64,000 nt of DNA from an uncultured Candidatus Saccharibacteria bacterium (GCA_964399295.1 CAYNQD010000001.1:203944-267943); one strand, 5' to 3'. Positions 9,572 through 20,251 are shown, counted from the stretch's first letter. Numbers and translations: made by a program. Notes: a model not told the origin generated them from the sequence alone.

Positions 9572-10878
9572 GATTTAAAAAATCATTTACGTTTTCAATT
9601 TGCCTGATTTTAGGTCTGGTTTTGTGGGTGGGGCATACTCATGTGTTTGCTCAAGTTTCCGAATTGGATAAATTGCAAAAAGATATTGAAAATAGTGGCA
9701 CGCGATTGGCGGAAATAGAAAAGGAGATTGCCAAATTTGAATTACAGCTCATGGAAGTCGGCGCAGAAAGGCAAACCCTGCAAAAAGCCATCAACCAACT
9801 GTCTTTGGAAAGAAAAAAAGTCCAAGCCGAGATATCCCGCACTGAAAACCTAATTAGCTCGACTGATCTGGAAATAAACAAACTAATCCTGGAAATATCC
9901 CGCACGGAGAAAGATATCGAAAAAAATAAATTAGCCATTGCCGAGATTATCCGCGGACAATATCAAACCGAAGACCTAACTCTCGTTGAGCTTTTACTGC
10001 AAAACAAAAAATTCTCAGAGTTTTGGAATAGTCTGGAGGCCCACAAATCAGTTCAAAGCAGCATGGCGGAAAAGGTGGGTGATCTTAGTTCGTTGCATAG
10101 ATTGCTAGAAGAAAAGAGAAGTGAAAACACCAAAAAGAGAAGTGACTTATTATCTCTACAGTCCCAATACAAAGACCAAAATACTGTCTTGACCAACAAT
10201 CAAGCCGAACAATCAAATCTACTTGAGATCACAAAAAGTGAAGAAAAAACCTACCAACAGCTCTTGGCTGAAAAGCAAGAAGCTAGGGAACAGATTGTTA
10301 AAGAAATTCGTGATTTTGAAACCAAATTAAAGTTCTTTTTAGACCCAAATTCAGTACCGGTCCCAGGAACGGCCGTATTTGATTGGCCGCTTAAAAAAGT
10401 GATTATCACTCAGCATTTTGGCGGTTCAGAATTCGCTAAGCGCAATCCTGGAATCTACGGCGGACGCGCTTATCACCCTGGTCTAGACCTGGGCACGCCA
10501 CGCGGTACACCAATACACGCGCCCCTTAGCGGTACTGTCAGAGCGACTGGCAACACAGACTTAGTGCCAGGCTGTTATTCTTGGGGTAAATGGACTTTAG
10601 TCGATCATGCCAATGGTCTATCCACCTTATACGCTCATCAGGACGTGATTAGCGTGGTAGCTGGCCAAAAGGTCGCTACTGGTGAAATTATCGGCTATAC
10701 GGGCAATACCGGCTTTTCTACCGGCCCGCACCTACATTTTACCGTCTATGCCAAGGATGGCGTTAATGTACGCAAATTTAACGAAATCAAGACCACAACC
10801 AGTTGCGGACCGGCCACAACGCCAGTGGCCGCTACGGAAGCTTATTTAGACCCGATACTATACTTGCCACCTGTCTAG
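9568..10878 (+). CDS. Secreted coiled-coil M23 metallopeptidase (EnvC-like murein hydrolase)
   Basis: Signal peptide and long coiled coil; C-terminal M23 motifs HPGLDLGTPRGTPIHAP and HLHF. Confidence 0.8.
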   Translation: MRFKKSFTFSICLILGLVLWVGHTHVFAQVSELDKLQKDIENSGTRLAEIEKEIAKFELQLMEVGAERQTLQKAINQLSLERKKVQAEISRTENLISSTDLEINKLILEISRTEKDIEKNKLAIAEIIRGQYQTEDLTLVELLLQNKKFSEFWNSLEAHKSVQSSMAEKVGDLSSLHRLLEEKRSENTKKRSDLLSLQSQYKDQNTVLTNNQAEQSNLLEITKSEEKTYQQLLAEKQEAREQIVKEIRDFETKLKFFLDPNSVPVPGTAVFDWPLKKVIITQHFGGSEFAKRNPGIYGGRAYHPGLDLGTPRGTPIHAPLSGTVRATGNTDLVPGCYSWGKWTLVDHANGLSTLYAHQDVISVVAGQKVATGEIIGYTGNTGFSTGPHLHFTVYAKDGVNVRKFNEIKTTTSCGPATTPVAATEAYLDPILYLPPV

Positions 10879-10996
10879 AAATAAAAAAGCCAAAAAAAGC
10901 CAGTTTCCAACACAACTTGTCTAAACACACGTTAACGTCGTAAAAGATATATTGTGCGACATATCCGTATCTCCATTACCCCAAGTTTTGACTTGG

Positions 10997-12382
10997 TTAA
11001 ATAGCTACGCTGGCTGGCTGCTTGTCTTTATTTTCCATACTCCCTGTCACATATCGCTCAGACAAAAGCTTATAAGAACGTGAGTAAAATGCCAAAATCG
11101 TGACCACAAGCCCGATTATTCCCGTAATTATAAAGACCAATGCGATTCCGCGATCAAGTCCGGTGCCAAACCAATCACCAATAAGCGCTACGCCGGCGCC
11201 TGTTGTCATGAAAGGAATAAAGACAAATTGCGCTATCGGGCCAATAAGAAAAGCGGTAATGGGCATGGCCGCAGATTCAATACTCTGAGCAAATCCAAAT
11301 ACCCTACCTTGCTTTTCGTATGGTACGATGGTTTGGATTACTGTACTTTCTGTGGCTTCAATAAATGGTCCCAGAGTCATCCAGATAAGTAAGCCGACCG
11401 CCAGCAATATAACGGATGGTTGAATTGTGAAGAAAATACAAACAATCCAGGTCACGATATTTATTCCCAGCATGAGGCGTAAGGGTTTTGGGCCGAGTCC
11501 GTATTTGGCAATGTACATCGTGCCGAGAATAAAACCAAAACTCAGCATGGCAAACATCGTACCCCAAGTTTGTACCGATACTAGCGAAAGACCATAAGCA
11601 TCCATCAGCGCCATAAACACGCCACCGAGAAAATTATTGAAAGTGGTAAAGAAAATAAGCCCAAAAAGCCCAGGTATGGCAGACACGGTGGCAATAATGG
11701 CGCGAATATTAAAATGCTTTTCAGTCTCGTCTTCCCTCTCCTCAGAATTTGATATTTTTGGCTCGTCAAAGCGAACGGTAAAAATGTGAATCAACACCAG
11801 CAAAGTTCCGCCAAGTGCGCACCAAAGCGCTGTTTCCATGCCGTAAAAACCAATCACCAACCCACTCAAAACAGAAGTAATGGAAAAGCTAATACCGTTG
11901 GTCGCACCAATCAGTCCGTTGGCTTTATCTCTTCCTTCTGTGAAGAGATAGGTTACGGCTGTAGAAAGCGCTATCATCCGCAAGTTTCCGGCCACGCTAC
12001 CGAGCATCAAAATTATAATAAGAATCCAAAGTTCTACTGCTGCCGGATTGGAAAAAATTTCAATTGGAGTGGAGAAAAAGAACATCGCACCCAGACAATA
12101 TGCAGTGAACGATATCGCGCTGGAAATTATCATCACAGTGCGCTTTTTGTATTTATCAACAAGAACCCCAAACCAAAACGCAGACAACATATTCGCCACG
12201 GCAAATATTCCAGCAATGAATGAAGTGGCCAGCACCGACTGGGTCTCAATAAATACCCAAAAAGTAATAACAAACCACACAAAGGCGTTGGTTACGGATG
12301 CTATAAGCGTATTGCCCAAAAGCTGGTAAAAAATCTTTTTATTGTTGGTCATATTCTTATAGCTCTTTTTTAGATTACACAA
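10997..12382 (-). CDS. MFS-type transporter
   Basis: ~12 predicted TM helices and a 461-aa hydrophobic profile typical of the major facilitator superfamily. Confidence 0.5.
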   Translation of the reverse strand: MCNLKKSYKNMTNNKKIFYQLLGNTLIASVTNAFVWFVITFWVFIETQSVLATSFIAGIFAVANMLSAFWFGVLVDKYKKRTVMIISSAISFTAYCLGAMFFFSTPIEIFSNPAAVELWILIIILMLGSVAGNLRMIALSTAVTYLFTEGRDKANGLIGATNGISFSITSVLSGLVIGFYGMETALWCALGGTLLVLIHIFTVRFDEPKISNSEEREDETEKHFNIRAIIATVSAIPGLFGLIFFTTFNNFLGGVFMALMDAYGLSLVSVQTWGTMFAMLSFGFILGTMYIAKYGLGPKPLRLMLGINIVTWIVCIFFTIQPSVILLAVGLLIWMTLGPFIEATESTVIQTIVPYEKQGRVFGFAQSIESAAMPITAFLIGPIAQFVFIPFMTTGAGVALIGDWFGTGLDRGIALVFIITGIIGLVVTILAFYSRSYKLLSERYVTGSMENKDKQPASVAI

Positions 12383-13151
12383 ATCGGTCGTTTAATAATT
12401 CTTGCAGCAAATTATCATATTGATTGGTATTTTTGGTTAAATAAATATTTCGTTCGTGGTTTTGGTTGAGTCGGTTTTCAATTTCCGGATGATTTTTTAA
12501 GTAGGTTTTCAATTTTTCCGGAATGATTAAGTCTTGAGAAATAATTTTTAGATTATCATTTTTATATCTTGTTTCCAACTTCTCTCGCAGGATTGTATAG
12601 TGCGTGCAGCCAAGAATAATCGCCTCTTCCCTGTTTCTGTCATCAATTATTTGGCAGATCAATTCCAAAGCCACGTCAAATTTATTGTCTTCTATTAAAG
12701 GCACCAAATCTGGAGTAGAGATGGAAGTTAGATTTATTGGCAGTGATTGTTTTTGCAATTCATACTCATACTTTTTGGAAGCGATGGTGCGATTGGTGCC
12801 GATCAGAAAACTGTTTTCAATCCCCTGCTCCAGCAAATTTTCAATCGTGGGAATAATAACTCCCAAAACTCTATTTTGTAGATAATCGTTGACCAAAAAT
12901 TCAGTTTGCAGACGGCGCAGAGTTTCGGCCGAGGCGGTGTTGCAGGCCACTATGACCAAAATGCACCCTTTACTAAACAGGTGTTCAATTCCCTGTTTTG
13001 TTAGTTCATATATAATCGCTTCCTCCTTATCACCGTAAGGCAAATTGGCCGTATCGCCGTAAAATTCATAGTCATATTGAGGCAATTCTTTTATTACTGC
13101 TTTCAGTATCGTCAGCCCACCCAGACCAGAATCAAAAAAACCAATTTTCAT
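12375..13151 (-). CDS. murI: Glutamate racemase
   Basis: FDSGLGGLT, VIVACNTASA and ILGCTHY motifs (two catalytic Cys regions). Confidence 0.85.
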   Translation of the reverse strand: MKIGFFDSGLGGLTILKAVIKELPQYDYEFYGDTANLPYGDKEEAIIYELTKQGIEHLFSKGCILVIVACNTASAETLRRLQTEFLVNDYLQNRVLGVIIPTIENLLEQGIENSFLIGTNRTIASKKYEYELQKQSLPINLTSISTPDLVPLIEDNKFDVALELICQIIDDRNREEAIILGCTHYTILREKLETRYKNDNLKIISQDLIIPEKLKTYLKNHPEIENRLNQNHERNIYLTKNTNQYDNLLQELLNDRFV

Positions 13152-13217
13152 GTTAGAAGATATGGTAACACAAAAACAACAAATAGCGTCAAAAGACGCT
13201 ATTTGTTTTTTTTGATG

Positions 13218-13664
13218 TTAATTTGCTGCTATCTGTTTGTTCCAACAGTGAGCGGAAGCATTCCATGGACGAGTACCCTGTGTCTCGTAGAGATGGCGGG
13301 CATAAGCCATGTTATGGTAAACATCTTCAAGATTGAGGCTCATGGTAATAGCTTTTTGTTCGTGGTAACGTTTGTTGATCTGCATGACACCTGTGTCTGC
13401 TGGATCAACGTTGCCTCTAAGCACACTACCGTCCTCAAGAGTATGGCGATAACCCGATTCGCAACGTGCAATCTGGATCATGACTGGAATGTCTTTAAAA
13501 TACGATCGAACTATAAGTTCGGTATTTAGAATTGGAGAGCTGGAAACACCTTTTTGTTCCCTTCTCTCCTCCGCTTTTATCTGACTATCCTCAATATGAC
13601 CATAAGCAATTCCTGTTGGAAGTACCGTCTGAATCGAAGCTACCGACAAAACCGCAAGTATCAC
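13218..13664 (-). CDS. Small secreted lytic-transglycosylase-like (SLT-domain) protein; GTG start
   Basis: Signal peptide, then CESGY…GVMQIN…AYARHLY, which resembles the SLT catalytic ES/GLMQ/AYN blocks. Confidence 0.45.
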   Translation of the reverse strand: MILAVLSVASIQTVLPTGIAYGHIEDSQIKAEERREQKGVSSSPILNTELIVRSYFKDIPVMIQIARCESGYRHTLEDGSVLRGNVDPADTGVMQINKRYHEQKAITMSLNLEDVYHNMAYARHLYETQGTRPWNASAHCWNKQIAAN

Positions 13665-13776
13665 GGTCGATATAATAAGCCAATTGTCTTATCTAACAAA
13701 TATCAGTGATTAACTGATAACTGCGAAATTCTATCATGAATTGCAGATTTTTTATATTGTAGCACAAAAACTACAA

Positions 13777-14643
13777 TTAGTCAATGTTTTCGGTTGACTC
13801 AGCCAATTTCTGCTTCAGATAGACCATGGCTCCGTATAGTCCGGCGTCGTCTTTTAGGGTCGATGTAGTGATAAAAGGGCTATCCATAAAGCCTTCAAGC
13901 GCTTTTACGGTGTATTTTCTAATCGGTTCTATTTCAATCTTGGGGTCGCCCACTATCATGGAGCCGCCAAGTACAATTACGTCTGGGGACCAGTACAAGA
14001 TAGTATTACGTAGACCATGGCCCAGATATTCCGCCAATTCGTCCCAAATAGTGTCTGATTGCGGTATTTCATAGGGTTTTATTCCAATTCTGGTTTCAAC
14101 AGCCGTTCCGGATACTAGATTTTCGAGTGTCGGTGTGACTTCATCCCCTAGAATGGTGCGGTCTACGTCGATAATCTGATGTCCAGGCTCAAAGCCGTGG
14201 CTTGATGAGTCGATTCTGCCATTTTCAATTTTTACACCACCGACACCGGTGCTGACTGTATGATAGGCCACTATATCAACCCCCTGCCCCGCGCCATGCA
14301 CCGCTTCACCCAATCCAGCCAAAGCCGTGTCATTTTCTATAAAAACCGACGCTTGTAAGTGTTTTGACAAAACCTCAGTAATCGGCTGTTTTGCCCAATT
14401 GCTGAGAATGCTGTCATTATCAATTCCTGTTCTTTCTTCATTTATCAAACCCCTTATTCCTACGCAAACTCCCTTGATTTTGGATTTGGGTTTTAGTCCG
14501 GTAATCGCGGCTTTGATGTTTTCTACTCCTTTTTTAAAATCTAAAGCGGTGTTGATTTTTTTTATTATGGCAATAGATTCCAAATCTTCCGTGAGGGCGA
14601 CGCGGGTTTTTGTGCCGCCAATATCTAGCAAAACGTAAGTCAT
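13777..14643 (-). CDS. ROK-family sugar kinase (glucokinase-like)
   Basis: N-terminal LLDIGGTKTRVAL ATPase loop and ROK-like layout. Confidence 0.7.
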   Translation of the reverse strand: MTYVLLDIGGTKTRVALTEDLESIAIIKKINTALDFKKGVENIKAAITGLKPKSKIKGVCVGIRGLINEERTGIDNDSILSNWAKQPITEVLSKHLQASVFIENDTALAGLGEAVHGAGQGVDIVAYHTVSTGVGGVKIENGRIDSSSHGFEPGHQIIDVDRTILGDEVTPTLENLVSGTAVETRIGIKPYEIPQSDTIWDELAEYLGHGLRNTILYWSPDVIVLGGSMIVGDPKIEIEPIRKYTVKALEGFMDSPFITTSTLKDDAGLYGAMVYLKQKLAESTENID

Positions 14644-14652
14644 AGTGATGAT

Positions 14653-15393
14653 TTAAACTTGCCTGGTATTTTTACGGTCAATATTTTTTAAGATATATTT
14701 GTAGGCATCATCGACACTGTCCGTGACGTGAAATAAGTTCATATCTTCAGGGCTGATGGTTTTGTACTTTTTAATTAAATCCTTTTCAAACCATTTAAGT
14801 AAAGGTTCCCAGTATTCTTTACCATACAAAATAACCGGTAGCGGCGCGATTTTTTTGGTCTGTATTAGGGTAATAATCTCAAAAAATTCATCCAGCGTAC
14901 CAAAACCGCCCGGGAAATAAACGTAAACTTCAGAGGCAAAAGTGAGCATGACTTTCCTTGAGAAGAAATAGTCAAAATTTAGGGAGGTGGTGGTGTAGGG
15001 GTTTAACCTTTGCTCGTAAGGGAGTTGGATGTTTAATCCTATGGACTTACCTCCAACCTTAAAAGCACCGACGTTTGAGGCTTCCATGATGCCCGGCCCG
15101 CCGCCTGAGATGATGGTAAAGCCTTTTTTGGCCAACTTAGAGGCCAATTCCTCGGCTTCTTTGTAATAACGGTCTTTAGGGGTTAGTCTGGCGCTACCCC
15201 AGAAAGTGGCCGCCAAATCGTGATCTCTAAGCAGTTCAAATCCTTGCACAAATTCGGACATAATACGAAAAACTCGCCAAGACTGAATCCCTCCGTCCTG
15301 GCCTTTGGGATCAAGTAATTCATTAACCACTCGGCAATTATTCGCCTTAGTTTTCGTTTTTTTCTGTTTTGATTTAAAAATGTCTTTCAGCAT
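14653..15393 (-). CDS. LOG-family (TIGR00730) cytokinin-riboside-5′-phosphate phosphoribohydrolase-like protein
   Basis: GGGPGIMEA and PGGFGTLDEFFE signature motifs. Confidence 0.75.
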   Translation of the reverse strand: MLKDIFKSKQKKTKTKANNCRVVNELLDPKGQDGGIQSWRVFRIMSEFVQGFELLRDHDLAATFWGSARLTPKDRYYKEAEELASKLAKKGFTIISGGGPGIMEASNVGAFKVGGKSIGLNIQLPYEQRLNPYTTTSLNFDYFFSRKVMLTFASEVYVYFPGGFGTLDEFFEIITLIQTKKIAPLPVILYGKEYWEPLLKWFEKDLIKKYKTISPEDMNLFHVTDSVDDAYKYILKNIDRKNTRQV

Positions 15394-15395
15394 AA

Positions 15396-16010
15396 TTATG
15401 TAATTGTAACATTATCCGCAGACCACGGAATTTCAAAGTGACTAAATTCGGGGAGAAGTTTTTGGCTGTGTAAAAGTCTGGCTATTACTTCAGCGTGCGA
15501 CAGGGCGCCGGTGAGGGCGTTGTGCGGGTTTGGTTCTTCTGGAATACCGCAGTAATTTAGGATTACGTCCAGATTCAAAGCACTGCGGCGATGCTGGGCA
15601 TCAATTGGTGGTTCCAAACCCCTTTTCACCATATGCATCCAGCAGAGAGTGTGAGTGTCTATGGTACGATAGGCCAAATCCCAAGACAGATTAGCGCGGT
15701 CACAGGCGGCCTTGAGCGAATCTCTATCAAAAGATACGTTTTGTCCGGCAAGCGTGCGGTCGTTCATGTGCTGAGACCATTCCAGAAATGATCGGGCCAG
15801 TTCCGCTTCGCTTGGTTTTGTTGGGTCTGTAACTTCGGCTTCGGAAAAGCCGTTGACTTCTAGCGCTCCGTCCATTATTTTGGCTCCTTCCCAAATTCTA
15901 CATTCTCCGTAAAAGCGGTTTTCAGGGTTGCTAAAATCTAAGGCTCCGATGGAAACAATGGAGTGTTTTTCGTAGTTGGTGCCGGAGGCCTCGATGTCTA
16001 TGATTATCAT
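15396..16010 (-). CDS. DEDD-family 3′-5′ exonuclease (DnaQ-like)
   Basis: Exo I motif IIDIEASG at the N-terminus; distal H/D motifs. Confidence 0.6.
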   Translation of the reverse strand: MIIIDIEASGTNYEKHSIVSIGALDFSNPENRFYGECRIWEGAKIMDGALEVNGFSEAEVTDPTKPSEAELARSFLEWSQHMNDRTLAGQNVSFDRDSLKAACDRANLSWDLAYRTIDTHTLCWMHMVKRGLEPPIDAQHRRSALNLDVILNYCGIPEEPNPHNALTGALSHAEVIARLLHSQKLLPEFSHFEIPWSADNVTIT

Positions 16011-16020
16011 GATTTATTTT

Positions 16021-16812
16021 TTAACGGTTATTCTTTATTTTATCATAAGTATGAGCCACTGCCGCGCCGTAGAAAATTATAGTCGCTAAAACATAAACCC
16101 AAATCAATAATATCAATATCAAACCGGCCGTGCCGTAGAGGTCAGAACCAAAGATATTATTTATATAGAAACTAATCGGACTTTTGGTGAAAACAAATAA
16201 AACTGCCGAAATTGAAGCCCCAACGACGCAACCCTGCCAACTCGGCGCTTCACTGGCCAAAAATCTAAACAACAAAGAGAAGAAAATGCTGGTGTTGGTG
16301 AAGAGAAATATTAAAGAGATAATAAAACCGCCTCGCAGCTCGGACATGGTGATAAAAAATTCAAAACCTATTATCAATATAAGGTAAATTTGAAAAATAA
16401 GAATAAACAATACAGACCTAAAACTCCTTTTTATCCAACTTAAAAATCCGTTTTCGTCCACTTCCCACAGCTTGTGGAAGCCAACGCTCAGTACGTTTAA
16501 AGTAAATATGCTGGTTAGTAAAAAGAAGGCTATGCCTATGAACGGCATAGAAAATGATCTGGTTTCCGTTTCCAGATTGTTGATGGCTATTCTAATTAGT
16601 TCGAGCAAATCTTGGCCTAAAATGGTTCCCCAACTAGCTAAAACCCGTGTGGTAAAATCCTCTCCGTAAACAAAGCCGACTATGCTTATGGAGAGGACCA
16701 GTAAAGGAATGATAGCCAAAGGTGCGTAATACGAAAATGCGGCCGCGTATGACTTCATGTCATAATGCATCCAGATTTTTGCGGATTCAAATAACAAACT
16801 AAAAAATTTCAT
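16021..16812 (-). CDS. YihY/BrkB-family membrane protein
   Basis: YAAAFSYYAPLAIIPLLVL block and a 6-TM profile. Confidence 0.6.
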   Translation of the reverse strand: MKFFSLLFESAKIWMHYDMKSYAAAFSYYAPLAIIPLLVLSISIVGFVYGEDFTTRVLASWGTILGQDLLELIRIAINNLETETRSFSMPFIGIAFFLLTSIFTLNVLSVGFHKLWEVDENGFLSWIKRSFRSVLFILIFQIYLILIIGFEFFITMSELRGGFIISLIFLFTNTSIFFSLLFRFLASEAPSWQGCVVGASISAVLFVFTKSPISFYINNIFGSDLYGTAGLILILLIWVYVLATIIFYGAAVAHTYDKIKNNR

Positions 16813-16825
16813 AATTATCTCTATA

Positions 16826-17209
16826 TTATAACCCAGGACAATTGGCGGCTTTGGTAAAACCAGCTGCCTCGGCCGCTTCCCTGCTCTCGAAAGAAATGAT
16901 ATTTTCCGGCTTGATGCGACTGACTCCCGAACAGGTGCTTAAATAATATCTAGTGCCGTTTTTTGAAGCTACAAATTGATTCTGATCTTTGGGGGCGGCT
17001 GGAGTGGCGGTTGTTTTTGGTTGGGTGTTTGGGGTGGCGGCAGTGAGGGTTATTGGTTCAATTACTTGTATGGAGGGCTTTTCTTTTTGAGGAGAGATTT
17101 CACCGGTGGACATTCGTCCCAAGCCAAAAGAAATCACTCCCACCAGAATGACCATTACACCGTAGTATATTTGGTCGTTTGAAAATAAAGACTTGAATTT
17201 TTCCATCAT
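16826..17209 (-). CDS. Membrane-anchored protein with a C-terminal Ada-type Zn-binding-like domain
   Basis: N-terminal TM helix, Thr/Pro linker, then YYLSTCSGVSRIKPENIISFESREAAEAAGFTKAANC, which matches the Ada_Zn_binding consensus (C…EN..F.S.EA.AAGF..C). Confidence 0.4.
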   Translation of the reverse strand: MMEKFKSLFSNDQIYYGVMVILVGVISFGLGRMSTGEISPQKEKPSIQVIEPITLTAATPNTQPKTTATPAAPKDQNQFVASKNGTRYYLSTCSGVSRIKPENIISFESREAAEAAGFTKAANCPGL

Positions 17210-17254
17210 ATATCGTATACTCCTCGGATTAGTTTACATTAGATATTATATAGT

Positions 17255-17530
17255 ATGGCAACCAAAAAAGCTGGCGGTACCGCTAAAAACCTGCGCGACT
17301 CGCAACCAAAATATCTCGGCGTCAAGAAGACAGCTGGGCAAGACGTAAAGACTGGACAGGTGATTATTCGTCAAAGAGGAACAAAAATCGAAGCCGGCAA
17401 AGGCGTATTTGTTGGTAAAGACCATACTCTTTACGCTGCGCAGAACGGAAAAGTCTCTTTCCGTGACATGAGAAAAGTTCGCTTTGATGGCAGAAGGGTG
17501 ACGAAGAAAGCTGTGGATGTAGTCGCTTAA
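17255..17530 (+). CDS. rpmA: 50S ribosomal protein L27
   Basis: Near-universal bL27 sequence (MATKKAGGTAKN…GRDSQPKYLG…RQRGTK). Confidence 0.9.
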   Translation: MATKKAGGTAKNLRDSQPKYLGVKKTAGQDVKTGQVIIRQRGTKIEAGKGVFVGKDHTLYAAQNGKVSFRDMRKVRFDGRRVTKKAVDVVA

Positions 17531-17549
17531 ATTTATTTGGGTCAAAACA

Positions 17550-17581
17550 AAAGCCCCGCGCCTTCGGCGCGGGGCTTTTGT
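17550..17581 (+). terminator. Rho-independent terminator of rpmA
   Basis: aagccccgcgccttcggcgcggggctttt: a GC stem followed by a T-run. Confidence 0.8.
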
Positions 17582-17589
17582 AAGATAGA

Positions 17590-17682
17590 AAAAAGCCAAG
17601 ACGGTACTTTTCCAGAGCCAGTCCTCGCACGCTATCATTGCTGCTGCGGAAGCTCTTCCAAAGTACCGTCTTGGCTTTTTTC
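17590..17682. terminator. Long bidirectional hairpin between the convergent rpmA and ppiB genes
   Basis: aaaaagccaagacggtacttt…aaagtaccgtcttggctttttt: a 19-bp perfect stem with A/T runs on both sides. Confidence 0.6.
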
Positions 17683-17699
17683 TTAAAGCCCAAATTCTA

Positions 17700-18404
17700 T
17701 TACCTAACAATCTTAACAGAATCAATAACCACTGGTTCTATTGGCATGTCTGATTGGTTGGTGTCGATTAGAGAAATTTTGTCTACTACTTCCATACCCT
17801 TAATCACGTGCCCGAATACCGGATGTTTTGATGAGAGTGGTTGTTTGTCAAAATCAAGGTTGACGTTATCGGCCACATTGATGAAGAATTGACTACCGCC
17901 AGAATTTGGCCCGCTGTTGGCCATCGAAATAGTACCTCTGATGTTGGTCAAATATTGGCCACTGATATGCTCGTCTGGTATGGCGTAACCTGGCCCGCCG
18001 GTACCATAACGCATTACCTCGTCGGTTTTGGTAATTGGGTCACCACCTTGGATCATAAAACCTTCAATGACGCGGTGAAACTTAACTCCATCATAAAATC
18101 CCTCCTCCGCCAACTTTATGAAATTTTCAGTGGTAATTGGCATTGTGTCCTCGAATAATTCAATTTCAAAACTGCCGTGATTGGTGTTAAATTGTGCTAT
18201 TGGATTTTTGTCGTTTGTCATACTTACGTTATAAGCTGCTAATTCTTCCGCTGAGAGCGGTCCTGGTAATGGATTGTCCGCGAAAGTGTCCGTGTGGTCT
18301 ATTGGCGGAACCTCTTTTGGCCCTAGCCAAATAGCCATACCTGTAATTAAGAGCAAACAACCAATCAAAACGCCACCAACGGCAATGATGTTACTTTGAG
18401 TCAT
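17700..18404 (-). CDS. ppiB: Cyclophilin-type peptidyl-prolyl cis-trans isomerase, membrane-anchored/secreted
   Basis: FHRVIEGFMIQGGDP and the surrounding cyclophilin fold; N-terminal TM segment. Confidence 0.8.
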   Translation of the reverse strand: MTQSNIIAVGGVLIGCLLLITGMAIWLGPKEVPPIDHTDTFADNPLPGPLSAEELAAYNVSMTNDKNPIAQFNTNHGSFEIELFEDTMPITTENFIKLAEEGFYDGVKFHRVIEGFMIQGGDPITKTDEVMRYGTGGPGYAIPDEHISGQYLTNIRGTISMANSGPNSGGSQFFINVADNVNLDFDKQPLSSKHPVFGHVIKGMEVVDKISLIDTNQSDMPIEPVVIDSVKIVR

Positions 18405-18408
18405 AATT

Positions 18409-18855
18409 CTAGCTTTCCTTAACCTGAACCTTAATCGGTACTTCTAAATATAAACTTTTGTTTTTTAAACTTATTTTATGTTCGCCAATTTCCTTAATTG
18501 TACTATTGACAACCACTACATCAGTCGATAAAGCAATTCCCCTAGCTTTGGCGCTGTCTACCACGTCGCTTACATGCACAGCTTGAAACAAGTGGCCTTG
18601 TTCGTTGGCTTCTACACTAATAACAAGAGGTTCGGCGTTTATTTTATCAGCAATCAGCTTAAGCTCAGCAGACTGTGTTTCCAAACTAGCTTCCAGGCGG
18701 TTTTTGCGTTGATTTATCCGCTTAATATTAGTTGGGTTGGCTGGCTCGGCATCCTTTTGCGGGATCAGCTTATTTAAAGCATAACCGTCCGGCACGCTCA
18801 CGATCTCAAATCGTTTCCCAATCTTGGCAACATCTCGCAGAAGTATCACTTTCAT
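18409..18855 (-). CDS. rplI: 50S ribosomal protein L9
   Basis: MKVILLRDVAKIGKRFEIVSV…GYALNKLIP bL9 N-domain. Confidence 0.85.
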   Translation of the reverse strand: MKVILLRDVAKIGKRFEIVSVPDGYALNKLIPQKDAEPANPTNIKRINQRKNRLEASLETQSAELKLIADKINAEPLVISVEANEQGHLFQAVHVSDVVDSAKARGIALSTDVVVVNSTIKEIGEHKISLKNKSLYLEVPIKVQVKES

Positions 18856-18946
18856 AAATTCAAGATAACTTATTTCTTATAAAACCAAGACATAATACCA
18901 GAACGAGCGACATTAGTCACTGTTGTGAGTTGGGTTGGGGTTATAA

Positions 18947-20251
18947 TTATTCACTTTTTACTTCCTTGCCTTTTAGAAAATTTATTGCCGCTTCTTGCTG
19001 AGGGTCAATTTTTTCGATTAGTTGTTGTGGCGTGCGGTTGATTTTTATGTTTGGTTCCAAGCCATTTTCAGATATGGAAATGCCGTTTGGTGTCATCCAG
19101 CGCGCGATGGTGATTTTTATGGAAGCGCCGGATTTTAGGTTGATTAATTCCTGCACTGAACCTTTTCCAAAAGTATTGGTACCGATGATTGTAGCTACGT
19201 TGTGTTCTTTTAAGGCACCGGCCAAGATTTCTGAAGCGGAAGCTGATCCACGGTCTACCAAAACGACTAGGTTTTTGGGATTAAAGTCATAGAAAGTCCG
19301 GCCTTGGCTACGATAGAGTTTTTCTTTATCGGTGTCTTTGAATTGTTCTCTGACTACCACTTTTCCAGATGGTAAGAAGAAACCGGCGATTGAAACCGCG
19401 CTTTGCAAGTATCCGCCCGGATTACCACGCAAGTCAATAATCAAAGACTTGGATTGACTGTTGGCGAAGTCACGAAGTGCTTCTTGGGTTTTGGCTTCCG
19501 CGATGGCGTTGAAACTGTAGATTTTTATAATGAAAACCCCATCTTTTTCTTCAGTTTTTACTGTTGGTATGGTGATGTTGTCACGAGTGATGGTGAAGTT
19601 GCGTACTTCCAATTCCCCTTCACGATATATGGATAATTCAACACTAGTCCCCTTTTCACCTCGAATCCGATGCACAGCTTCATCAATGGACATCTGCTCA
19701 GTGCTGATGTTGTCAATCTTGGTAATAAAATCACCAGCCAGGAGTCCGGCTTTTTCAGCTGGAGTATCTGGTAGAGGCGCAATGACAGTCAATAGGTTGT
19801 TCCTTATCCCTACTTCCATGCCAATACCGCTAAAATTACCGGAAATATTTTCCGCAAAATCAGCGCTTTCGACTGGAGGCAAAAAAGCGGTGTAAGAATC
19901 GCCAAAAGTACGCACCATTCCTTTAATGGCGCCGTTGATTCTGTCTTCATTGGATACTGTCTGGGTCGAGCTGGGAGAGGCAAATTTTTGGTCTAGTAAT
20001 TTCCAAACTTCCCAAAACTGACTTAGGTCGATTTCGTTGACATTTACAGCGGGAGATTGTTTTTCAGCTGCAAATAAAGAAAATATGCTGGCGGTTTGCT
20101 TTTCTGAGACTAAAAGATTGTTGGCCTGAAATCCGGAGAAAAAAGCACCTACTGCCAATAGCAGGGCCAAACTAACGCCTAAAAAACTACTTTTCTTTTG
20201 GGCTACGCGGTGTCTGATTGATGGTGGTATAAAATCTGGTTGGTCTTGCAT
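18947..20251 (-). CDS. ctpA: Carboxyl-terminal processing protease (S41 family)
   Basis: PDZ domain followed by DLRGNPGGYL and TFGKGSVQ catalytic Ser/Lys motifs; N-terminal TM segment. Confidence 0.8.
   Translation of the reverse strand: MQDQPDFIPPSIRHRVAQKKSSFLGVSLALLLAVGAFFSGFQANNLLVSEKQTASIFSLFAAEKQSPAVNVNEIDLSQFWEVWKLLDQKFASPSSTQTVSNEDRINGAIKGMVRTFGDSYTAFLPPVESADFAENISGNFSGIGMEVGIRNNLLTVIAPLPDTPAEKAGLLAGDFITKIDNISTEQMSIDEAVHRIRGEKGTSVELSIYREGELEVRNFTITRDNITIPTVKTEEKDGVFIIKIYSFNAIAEAKTQEALRDFANSQSKSLIIDLRGNPGGYLQSAVSIAGFFLPSGKVVVREQFKDTDKEKLYRSQGRTFYDFNPKNLVVLVDRGSASASEILAGALKEHNVATIIGTNTFGKGSVQELINLKSGASIKITIARWMTPNGISISENGLEPNIKINRTPQQLIEKIDPQQEAAINFLKGKEVKSE

Noticed and set aside
17591-17690. 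Candidate small RNA between rpmA and ppiB
   Set aside because: The sequence is essentially one long perfect hairpin between convergent genes. It is better explained as a bidirectional terminator than as an sRNA.
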